The notes below the pieces were generated by a model. The model made no database searches. It was not told the origin of the DNA and saw only the letters and a program-made list of their open reading frames with translations. Made by a program: the position numbers and the translations under genes. DNA of 64,000 bases from Thermoanaerobaculales bacterium (GTDB lineage: Bacteria; Acidobacteriota; Thermoanaerobaculia; Thermoanaerobaculales; Sulfomarinibacteraceae), in assembly GCA_025456145.1 (NCBI GenBank), contig JALOLD010000002.1, forward strand, positions 61,549-125,548, in the 5' to 3' direction. Positions within the stretch are counted from its first letter, which is position 1. Every line of letters begins with the position of its first letter. This document shows, piece by piece, positions 44,501 through 51,535 of the stretch.

Positions 44501-47183
44501 CGACTACACGGTGACCCAGAACCACCCCTGGATCCCGGTCGACATCGAGATCTCGAAGATCAACCCCGAGATCGGCGAGACCGTCACCCTGACGGTCGAC
44601 GAGCGGCTCGAGGTGACGGGCTGGGATCTGACCTCGGAGGACTGCCAGGAGAACTCGCCGATCATCACCTGTCCCGGCACCGCCGGGACCTGCAACGAGA
44701 TCGAGTGGGCCTGGGCCGACTCGGGTCTCAAGGAGATCACCGTCGAGACCACCTCGGGCAGCCAGTCGAAGGGGGTCACGGTCAAGACCACCGGCGAGTG
44801 CCCGCCCTTCTGCGGCAAGGACGGCCCGCCCGAGGCGTCGTTCGTCATCAGCCCGAGCCCGGCCAACGAGGACGAGGAGGTGAGCTTCACCGACACCTCG
44901 TCGGGCGGCGGTCTCAAGGTCCTCGCGACCGGCCTCGGCTGGACGCCGACGAGCCCCGAGATCGGCGAGCTCACGACCTTCACGATCACCGGCCACACGG
45001 GCGACATCCGCGCCGAGTGGGACTTCGGCGAGAACGGCTGCTCGGGTTTCCCGCAGATCCAGGTCTGCGAGCCCTTCTTCGGCAACTGCCACGACATGGG
45101 CTTCAAGTTCGCCTCGGCCGGCGACAAGACCGTCTCGGTGACGGTCAAGAACCCGGCGACCGGCGCCGTGCTCGGCTCGACGACCCGAACGGTGACGGTG
45201 CAGAGCACGGGCAGCTGCGGTGGTACGCCGACCTGCACCTACAGCCTCAACCCGGCGAGCTGGAGCTTCCCGGCCACCGGGGGCAGCCTGAGCTTCGCGG
45301 TCAACACCCAGGCCGGCTGCACCTGGAACGCGACCACCGCCAACCCGTGGATCACCCTGAACAGCCCCACCAGCGGCACCGGGTCGGGCACGGTGAGCTA
45401 TGACGTCGCCGCCAACGCGGGCGAGGCGCGCTCGGGCGCGATCTCGGTCAAGAGCCAGACCCACAGCGTCTTCCAGCTCGGTGGTGGCGGTGGAGGCGGC
45501 GGTGGCGGTGGCGGCGGTGGTGGAGGCGGCGGTGGTGGTGGCGGCGGTGGCGGCGACACATCGCCCACCGAGTGGCTGTGGACCGTCCGTCTCGGCTCGC
45601 AGGTCATCGTCACCTCGACCGAGCAGGACTTCACCCACGTCTTCCGCGACCCCGGCTTCTACCAGGTCGAGCTGATCGCCTCGAACTGCGCCGGGTCGGA
45701 CACCGCGACCCAGACGCTGGAGATCATCGATGTCGAGGAGCCCGCGCCCGACGTCTTCCTCGTGCCCTCGGCGGTGCACACGCCGGGTCTCAACCAGACC
45801 CTGTGGAAGACCGACCTGCGGATCTTCAACCCGGGGAGCGACCAGGTGATGGTCGACATCGAGTATCTACCCGAGAACACTAACAATAACCAGGGGGTCA
45901 TTCACGGCCTGAGCCGGATCGTCGCGCCGAGCGGGACCCTGGTGATCGACGACATCGTCGAGGCGATCCCCGGCATCCAGGGCGACGACAACAAGGGATC
46001 GCTGCGGTTCGTCTACGGCGAGGGGGTCGAGGTCACGCCCTTGATCATGTCGAGGACGTACAACGATACCCCCAACGGGACGTTCGGCCAGTTCGTCAAG
46101 GCGGTCCCGGTCCAGGAGAGCGAGCAGGACTTCCTGCTGCTCACCGGGCTCGCCGAGAACCTCTACTCGCGGACCAACCTGAGCCTCGCCAACCTCACCG
46201 ACCGCTATGCGAGCGGGATCACGATCCGGGTGCTCAGCGACGCCGGCGAGATCATCGGCGACCCGGTGGTGATCGGCGTCCTGCCGCACAGCACGACCCA
46301 GGTCGTCAAGATCGCCGAGGCGGCCGGGATCTTCACCGACCTCGACATCTTCTCGCTCTACATCTTCACCAACGGCCACGACGTCTCGGCGAGCGCATCG
46401 GTCGTCGACAACGCGACCGGCGACCCGGTCCACGTCGAGTCCGTCGGCCAGGACGGCGAGATGGCTTGGCTGCCCGGGGTCGCCCGGCTGGCCGGCGCCA
46501 ACGACTCGAACTGGCGCTCCGACGTCACGTTCTTCAACGACACCGTCGATCCGACGTCGACGAAGATCAGGTACTACTCATCCGAGAGCGGACAGATCGG
46601 AATCCCGTGGATGAACCTCGGGCTGCCGTCGGCCAACGCGGCCTTCTTCGCCGACCTGCTCGGCAGCTCGATGCTGCCCTCGGGGGTCGAGTCCAAGGGC
46701 TATCTCGTGATGACCAGCAACGACGGCTCGCCGCTGCCCCAGGTCGTCGCCAGGACCTACAACGTCGACGTCCACGGCGGGACCTTCGGTCAGAACCTCA
46801 AGCTCTTCTGCGAGACCGACCTCATCGCGGCCGGCCAGTCCGGCTTCATCGCGGGGGTGTCGAACTCCGCCGACAGCGGTCTCGGCTTCCGGACCAACGT
46901 CGGGGTGCTCAACGTCAGCGACGAGACCCCGGCAGTGGTCGAGATCTCGATCTACAACACCGAGGGTGAGCGGGTCGGCCGGATCCCGGGGTTCAACGTC
47001 GGGCCGGGGGTCTTCATCCAGGAGAACGTCTTCCAGTTCGCCTATCTCGCCAACGTCACGATGGACGGCTCGATCGAGGTCAAGGTCCTGTCGGGGGGCC
47101 CGGTGGCGGCCTACGCCTCGGTGGTCGACAACCGAACCCAGGACCCGATCCTCATCCCGGCGGTCGTGGTCGACGTCCAGTAG
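41577..47183 (+). CDS. Giant secreted multidomain protein (1868 aa): propeller + PKD-like + BACON-like modules + poly-Gly tether + tandem uncharacterised C-terminal domains
   Basis: Signal peptide. N-terminal ~400 aa carry LVIVD-like repeats (IAIFNIDDPTDP, LKIYDIG, LQVIDPTAC). PKD-like modules follow. Three Cys-bracketed BACON-like modules (C-T-Y-S..GG.G...V.T..C.W.A....WI......G.G.V.Y.V..N...R). Then 25 consecutive Gly, another PKD-like module, and two ~240-aa repeats. Confidence 0.9.
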   Translation: MIRPLATRTPVVSAFAVVAFAVALLPAGDAAAQGCFEHVRNLNYSPTNCEALPTIDRVFRIQEIRWKGHDYLFVDEGNEIAIFNIDDPTDPDNLTTSNFNIPNVGDSDYDLINFSVCDDCRYGIANYKAATVLFDLGTGALPGFAASSKNFDANLIQGGYTFSYGSQQYLVAASLGTAPCPNNKSGLYLFNGIAEAGNPVIQCLDNGGSGPEIQNGLRVEGTDPPVIYMSERFGQFRIYRAHTSPTFGLDYLGNGGISTANMTRGYGAAVDASAGLLAVANAGVLKIYDIGWGNGTPATPSQLSSKTLTGLASANAVGLRYPIVHVAQRNATVEPQTFDVSTPTNPVSLDQDFWDPSNPWNALGSCLWNQHVVFSDDGAAMYLSRYSSLQVIDPTACSGPIQPIANLSMSPQPAFPGDQLTVTNTSVGGERWARWITDGSSPHGSTVLAGSTSLTTSNLPLVYTLPIDMTTTDVFYAHAAVETDEYPYVPGSTPEQIKTQQVSINRTPTATISVTPQAAITGDTVTLTAGAQGHPGGAVPFEWMVTGPTGSTPYTGNPVTGVVLGESGQWTFAVDVNYQHIVGGNPYTYSTQLVRDISSVAADFTISPAAPKHNELITLTSTSRAQTGAVLTFDWDVLTPAGALVHELAFCDGAGPVNDQCQIPAETLTWDTYDIRLTLTNSVPDPDDVSVKLAEDVVVANGNIQVDFTWAPTSPEIGTWIGFQVTGVSAQDIERSEWTFGGTGCDGTTTYTCVEPHFPSCNEAAFAYASGGQKTVRLTVTTTGGIAQPQVSHVVSVSNTGSCSGTPTCTYSISPTSRTFTSAGGTGTISVSTQTGCSWTASEGVPWISITAGSSGSGSGTVTYQVAENTGQQRTAQITAAGKTHTVTQEAGIVCQYWLTTQGKVFDPSGGAGSFTINASDESCTWQATSTVGWISVSTPSGSGPGTINYNVAENNTPHQREGIIRVTGQSSFTDDYTVTQNHPWIPVDIEISKINPEIGETVTLTVDERLEVTGWDLTSEDCQENSPIITCPGTAGTCNEIEWAWADSGLKEITVETTSGSQSKGVTVKTTGECPPFCGKDGPPEASFVISPSPANEDEEVSFTDTSSGGGLKVLATGLGWTPTSPEIGELTTFTITGHTGDIRAEWDFGENGCSGFPQIQVCEPFFGNCHDMGFKFASAGDKTVSVTVKNPATGAVLGSTTRTVTVQSTGSCGGTPTCTYSLNPASWSFPATGGSLSFAVNTQAGCTWNATTANPWITLNSPTSGTGSGTVSYDVAANAGEARSGAISVKSQTHSVFQLGGGGGGGGGGGGGGGGGGGGGGGGGDTSPTEWLWTVRLGSQVIVTSTEQDFTHVFRDPGFYQVELIASNCAGSDTATQTLEIIDVEEPAPDVFLVPSAVHTPGLNQTLWKTDLRIFNPGSDQVMVDIEYLPENTNNNQGVIHGLSRIVAPSGTLVIDDIVEAIPGIQGDDNKGSLRFVYGEGVEVTPLIMSRTYNDTPNGTFGQFVKAVPVQESEQDFLLLTGLAENLYSRTNLSLANLTDRYASGITIRVLSDAGEIIGDPVVIGVLPHSTTQVVKIAEAAGIFTDLDIFSLYIFTNGHDVSASASVVDNATGDPVHVESVGQDGEMAWLPGVARLAGANDSNWRSDVTFFNDTVDPTSTKIRYYSSESGQIGIPWMNLGLPSANAAFFADLLGSSMLPSGVESKGYLVMTSNDGSPLPQVVARTYNVDVHGGTFGQNLKLFCETDLIAAGQSGFIAGVSNSADSGLGFRTNVGVLNVSDETPAVVEISIYNTEGERVGRIPGFNVGPGVFIQENVFQFAYLANVTMDGSIEVKVLSGGPVAAYASVVDNRTQDPILIPAVVVDVQ
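45480..45554 (+). repeat. (GGN)25 trinucleotide tract encoding 25 consecutive glycines
   Basis: Read directly: ggt ggt ggc ggt gga ggc ggc ggt ggc ggt ggc ggc ggt ggt gga ggc ggc ggt ggt ggt ggc ggc ggt ggc ggc. In frame with 41577 (residues 1302-1326). Confidence 0.97.
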
Positions 47184-47209
47184 GTCCGAGGACCGGGTTG
47201 AAGCAACGC

Positions 47210-47235
47210 GACGGGCGGCCCCAGGGCCGCCCGTC
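47210..47235. terminator. GC-rich hairpin between convergent genes
   Basis: GACGGGCGGCC (47210-47220), loop CCAG, GGCCGCCCGTC (47225-47235). Weak U-tract on both strands. Confidence 0.45.
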
Positions 47236-47264
47236 GATCTTCCTGCTCTCGACTATGGCGCTTC

Positions 47265-48089
47265 TTACTCGACCTCGCCGGCGTCGAGACGCTCGGCCTC
47301 GGCGGGGTTGAAGAACAGCGAGCGGTCGAGGGGTCCCGCCGAGAGGTAGCTCAGCTTGGTCACCCGGACGTGACCGGTGGGCAGGCCCTCGAGGTCGATG
47401 CCGTCGAGCAGCACCTGGGTGGGCAGGCTGACGCCGTCGACGTCCTGCCGCCCGAGGACGCGGTAGCGGATCCCCTCGGCGCGGACCTCACGAAGGTCGG
47501 GGGCCGGCAGGTACTCGGCCCCGAGCACCAGGTGGTCGGTGCGGCCGATGAAGACCTTCCAGGTGGTGACCATGCTCGGCGCGGCGAAGAAGTCGGCGTC
47601 GAAGCCGATCTCGAGGACCCAGGCCGGCGTCCCGTCGAAGCTGCCCTCGGTGACGGCGCCGAGCTCGACCCCCGGCATCCCGAGCGAGAACGGCATGAGC
47701 AGCGGGAACAGGGTCTGGCGGATCGTCCCGCCGGCCATCCGGGGCGTCTGGGGACGGCTGTCGAGCTCGCCGCGGATCATCGCCCAGCCGTCGCCGTTGT
47801 CGAGGGCCAGGCTGACCCCGCCGTCGAGCTCGAGCCGGATGCTGTCGAGCCGGCGGCCGTGGAAGATCGCGGTGAGGTCGCGGACCTGGGCGGTGCCGTC
47901 GGACGCGGTCTCCTCCTGGCGGATGGCGGCGCGGATCATGTCGTGCTGGTCCATCGTCGTCGCGGTCTCGGCGGCCGCGACGGCGCGGCTGACGAGCTCC
48001 TCCGCCGAGGGGGCGGCGGCCGCCGCCTGGCCGGCGACGACCACGAGCCCGACGGTGAGCGAGAGCGCGGTGGTGCGTGAGATCATCAT
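47265..48089 (-). CDS. Secreted hypothetical protein, LolA/outer-membrane-lipoprotein-sorting-like (tentative)
   Basis: 274 aa. Signal peptide MMISRTTALSLTVGLVVVAGQAAAA. All-beta-looking sequence. AAGGAG SD. The family assignment is by general resemblance only. Confidence 0.55.
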   Translation of the reverse strand: MMISRTTALSLTVGLVVVAGQAAAAAPSAEELVSRAVAAAETATTMDQHDMIRAAIRQEETASDGTAQVRDLTAIFHGRRLDSIRLELDGGVSLALDNGDGWAMIRGELDSRPQTPRMAGGTIRQTLFPLLMPFSLGMPGVELGAVTEGSFDGTPAWVLEIGFDADFFAAPSMVTTWKVFIGRTDHLVLGAEYLPAPDLREVRAEGIRYRVLGRQDVDGVSLPTQVLLDGIDLEGLPTGHVRVTKLSYLSAGPLDRSLFFNPAEAERLDAGEVE

Positions 48090-48140
48090 CGTCTCCTTGT
48101 GCGGACGGGATGCCCGGGGTCGCCCGGGCCGATGGCGGCC

Positions 48141-48146
48141 ATTATA
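48141..48146 (-). promoter_or_regulatory. Perfect TATAAT -10 box upstream of the LolA-like gene
   Basis: Plus-strand ATTATA, equal to minus-strand TATAAT, about 52 nt upstream of ATG 48089. No convincing -35 element. Confidence 0.35.
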
Positions 48147-48246
48147 GGGTCAAACCGGGGACCGCCCCGGGTCGCGTTACAGGGTGTTTACAGCCGCCGC
48201 GACGTCTCACCGGTCCGGCCTCCGATGTGGTATCTTTCGGCCCGTC

Positions 48247-49467
48247 ATGGCTTTGGACCCAAACCGGCCGGCGATCAGCGTGCACGACGTGCACAAGTGG
48301 TACCGGGTCTACGCCTCGCCGACCGAGCGGATCAAGCGGGTGGTCGGGCGGCGCAGCCGTCACCTCGACGTCCAGGCCCTCGACCGGGTGAGCTTCGCGG
48401 TCGCGCCGGGCACGGCGGTCGGGATCATCGGCGAGAACGGCGCCGGCAAGTCGACCCTGATGAAGATCATCGCCGGCACGACGACGCCGACCGCCGGGCA
48501 GATCGAGGTCCAGGGAACGGTGGCCGCGATCCTCGAGCTCGGCGCGGCCTTCCACCCCGAGTTCTCGGGTCGCGACAACGCGGTCCTCTACGGCGCCCTG
48601 ATGGGGCTCGAGCGGCACGACATGGAGGCCCGGCTCGCGCGGATCTTCGACTTCGCCGAGCTCGGCGAGTTCATCGACCACCCGGTCAAGAGCTACTCGA
48701 CCGGGATGGCGATGCGGCTCGCCTTCGCCGTGGCCACTCATGTCGAGCCGGACGTGCTGGTCGTCGACGAGGCGCTCGCGGTCGGCGACGGCTACTTCCA
48801 GAAGAAGTGCGTCGACACGATCCGCGAGATCAAGGACCGGGGGACGACGATCGTCTTCTGCTCGCACGCCATGTACTACGTGACGAGCTTCTGCGACCGC
48901 GCGATCTGGCTCGCCGGCGGCCGGGTCGAGCGCGACGGTCCCTCCAAGGAGGTGGTCGAGGCCTACGAGGCCCATCTCCAGCTCCGGGACATCCGCCGGA
49001 TCGGCGGCGGCGCCGCGACGGTCGTCCCCGACCGCGTGCCCTCCACCCAGGGCCGACGGGTCGGCCGGATCACGGCGGTCCGCCCGGGCGGTCGGTCGAC
49101 GGAGCTGCCCCTGACCCTCTCGGCCGGCGACGAGCTGGCCGTCGAGATCGAGCTCCAGAGCACCGATCCCGCCGAGCCCTACCACCTCGGCGTCGCCCTC
49201 GACACCCTCGACGGCCGCTGCGTTCTCGCCGCCTCGACCAAGCGCGACGGCGAGCCGCCGCTGTGCGGCGCCGAGCGCTACCGCGTCCGCTTCGTCGTGC
49301 CGTCGTTGCCGATCGCCGCCGGGCTCTTCCACGTCTACGTCTTCCTTCTCGACGAGAGCGGGCTCCACAACCACGACCAGGTGATCCTCACCGAGGCGGT
49401 GCGCTTCAACTCCCCGGAGTGGACGCCGTCGCTGATCGAGGTCGGCCGGCGCTGGGAGCACCGGTGA
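48247..49467 (+). CDS. wzt: Polysaccharide/O-antigen ABC exporter ATPase with C-terminal Wzt-type extension
   Basis: Walker A GENGAGKST, signature YSTGMAMRLAF, Walker B VLVVDEALAVGD. A ~160-aa beta-rich C-terminal domain follows (GRITAVRPGG...LAVEIELQS...FHVYVFLLDE), as in carbohydrate-binding Wzt proteins. Confidence 0.9.
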   Translation: MALDPNRPAISVHDVHKWYRVYASPTERIKRVVGRRSRHLDVQALDRVSFAVAPGTAVGIIGENGAGKSTLMKIIAGTTTPTAGQIEVQGTVAAILELGAAFHPEFSGRDNAVLYGALMGLERHDMEARLARIFDFAELGEFIDHPVKSYSTGMAMRLAFAVATHVEPDVLVVDEALAVGDGYFQKKCVDTIREIKDRGTTIVFCSHAMYYVTSFCDRAIWLAGGRVERDGPSKEVVEAYEAHLQLRDIRRIGGGAATVVPDRVPSTQGRRVGRITAVRPGGRSTELPLTLSAGDELAVEIELQSTDPAEPYHLGVALDTLDGRCVLAASTKRDGEPPLCGAERYRVRFVVPSLPIAAGLFHVYVFLLDESGLHNHDQVILTEAVRFNSPEWTPSLIEVGRRWEHR

Positions 49468-50495
49468 GCGACGCCGGGTCGTTGCGGATCAACTATCTGC
49501 TCGAGGACACCGCGTTGTTCGGCGGGGTCAAGGTGGTGCTCCACCACGCCGCGCTGCTTCGCCGGGCGGGCCACCGTGCGACCGTGGTCAGCCGCGGCCC
49601 GCGGCCGGACTGGTACGACGTCGGCGACGGCTTCCGTCAGGTTACGGACCTCACACCCGAGCAGGTCGGCGTGGCCGATCTCCAGGTCGCGACCTTCTGG
49701 ACGACGATCGCGCCGGCGCTGGCGCTGCCGGGCCGGGCGGTCCACTTCTGCCAGGGCTTCGAGGCCGCCCTCGACCACAACCGGGACGAGCACCCGGCGA
49801 TCCTCGAGGCCTACTCCCGGCCACTCCCGGCCTGGACGGTGTCACCCGTCCTCGCCGGGCTGGTGAGCGAGCGCTTCGGCCGGCCCGCCCGGGTGGTGAC
49901 CCCGGCCCTCGAGCCGTGGTGGCGGCCGCGGACCCGCCTCGGGCCCGGCCGCCGCCCGCGCCTGCTCGTCGCCCACCCCTTCGAGTTCACGATGAAGGGA
50001 ACGCCGACCGCCCTCGAGGCGGTGCGCCGGCTGCGTCGGCGTGGGCTCCCCGTTACGCTGGTCCGGCTGTCGCAGTGGCCACTCGGCGACGCCGAGCGGG
50101 GGCTCGTCGAGCCCGACGAGTTCCACCACCGGCTGCGGCCGGCCGACGTCCCGCGGCTGCTCTCGGGCTGCGACCTGCTGCTCGCGCCGTCGTGGCCGTC
50201 GGAGGGCTTCGGGCTGTCGGTGCTCGAGGCGATGGCCTGCGGTCTGCCGGTCGTCGCCTCGGACATCCCGTCGCACGCGTCGTTCGCCGCCGGCGCGGCC
50301 GAGCTCGTCGCCTTCGACGACCCCGACGCCATCGCCGACGCCGCCGAGGCGGTCCTCGGGAGCCCCCGCCGCTGGCGGGCGATGCGCCGGCGCGGGCTCG
50401 ACGCGGCGGCGGGCTTCCGCGAGGCGGCGGTGACGCCGGTTCTCGACGACGCCGTGCGCTGGGCGATCGGGGACGGCTGGCGGGGCGTCCGGTGA
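49464..50495 (+). CDS. GT4-type glycosyltransferase
   Basis: The GTG start overlaps the wzt stop (GTGA). Motif LLLAPSWPSEGFGLSVLEAMACGLPVVASDIPS (E-x7-E). Confidence 0.8.
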   Translation: MSDAGSLRINYLLEDTALFGGVKVVLHHAALLRRAGHRATVVSRGPRPDWYDVGDGFRQVTDLTPEQVGVADLQVATFWTTIAPALALPGRAVHFCQGFEAALDHNRDEHPAILEAYSRPLPAWTVSPVLAGLVSERFGRPARVVTPALEPWWRPRTRLGPGRRPRLLVAHPFEFTMKGTPTALEAVRRLRRRGLPVTLVRLSQWPLGDAERGLVEPDEFHHRLRPADVPRLLSGCDLLLAPSWPSEGFGLSVLEAMACGLPVVASDIPSHASFAAGAAELVAFDDPDAIADAAEAVLGSPRRWRAMRRRGLDAAAGFREAAVTPVLDDAVRWAIGDGWRGVR

Positions 50496-51535
50496 AGGCG
50501 TCGCTGGTCGCCGTGTGCCACCACTCGTCGGCGGTGCTGCCGCGCTGCGTGACGAGCTTCCGGAGCGGCGCGGCGGCGGCGGGTCTGACCGCGGAGGTCG
50601 TCCTCGTCGAGCAGTCCGAGGACGCCGGCCAGGCGGCGGCGGTATCGGCGTGCAACCCCGACCGGCTGGTCGTCCGGCCGAACCGGGGCTATGCGGCGGG
50701 GCTCAACGCCGGCGCGGCGGCGGCCTCCGGCGATCTCCTGCTGCTCGCCAACCCCGACATCGAGCTCCTCGAGGGCAGCGTCGCGGCCCTCGCCGAGGCG
50801 ACCGGCGGCGCCGACGTCGCGGGACCGCAGCTGCTGTGGGACCGGGCGGGCGAGGTCCTGCTCCCGATCCCCGACGACCCCGGGCCCCTCGCCGAGCTTC
50901 GCCGCACCCTGGGCCGGCGCTGGCCGAGCCGGCGCGCCGCCGCGCGGCGGATCGAGGCCGCGTGGCGGGTCTGGACCGCCGACCGGCCGGTCGCGACGCC
51001 GTCGCTGCGCGGCCCGCTGCTCGCCCTCCGGCGCGACGCCCTGGCCCGGCTCGGGCCCCTCGACGAGGGTTACTTCCTCTACTACGAGGAGACCGACTGG
51101 CTGCTCCGCGCCCGGCGGCGGGGCGCCCGGCTGGTGCTCGCCCCGCGGGCGAGGGTCGTCCACCGGTGGGGCCACGCCACCGCCCGGCGGGAGGATCGCG
51201 AGGCGATCGAGGCGCGCTCGCGGGCCCGGTTCTTCGAGCGCAACTACCCGGCGCCGGTGCGCGCGCTCCTCGCCGGGCTGGCCGGGCCGCCGGCGCGGCC
51301 CGGGTCGACCTGGATCCCGATCGGCGGCCCCGGCGACCTGCCCGCGGTCGAGGCCGAGGTCTGGCTGCTGTCGATCGTCCCCGAGATGGAGCCGTCGGTC
51401 GGCTGCCCGAACGCCGCCGCGCTGCCGCCGGCCGCCCACGAGCTGACCGCGAGCGGTCGCTGGTACGCTGTGGCGGCGCGCCGCGACCGACGCCGCTGGC
51501 GGATCGTCGGACGCTGGACCTGGGAGAGAGGATGA
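50492..51535 (+). CDS. GT2-type glycosyltransferase
   Basis: The GTG start overlaps the upstream stop (GTGA). SLVAVCHHS.., NRGYAAGLNAG, LLLLANPDIEL, EGYFLYYEETDW, typical of rhamnosyl/GT2-type transferases. Confidence 0.78.
   Translation: MKASLVAVCHHSSAVLPRCVTSFRSGAAAAGLTAEVVLVEQSEDAGQAAAVSACNPDRLVVRPNRGYAAGLNAGAAAASGDLLLLANPDIELLEGSVAALAEATGGADVAGPQLLWDRAGEVLLPIPDDPGPLAELRRTLGRRWPSRRAAARRIEAAWRVWTADRPVATPSLRGPLLALRRDALARLGPLDEGYFLYYEETDWLLRARRRGARLVLAPRARVVHRWGHATARREDREAIEARSRARFFERNYPAPVRALLAGLAGPPARPGSTWIPIGGPGDLPAVEAEVWLLSIVPEMEPSVGCPNAAALPPAAHELTASGRWYAVAARRDRRRWRIVGRWTWERG

Noticed and set aside
45480-45554. G-quadruplex potential of the G-rich (GGN)25 tract.
   Set aside because: The tract contains only GG doublets separated by T/C/A, with no runs of three or more G. 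A canonical G4 is therefore not supported.
45398-45634. 78-aa minus-strand ORF containing a long poly-proline run.
   Set aside because: It is the reverse-complement image of the (GGN)25 Gly tract inside the giant gene, not an independent gene.
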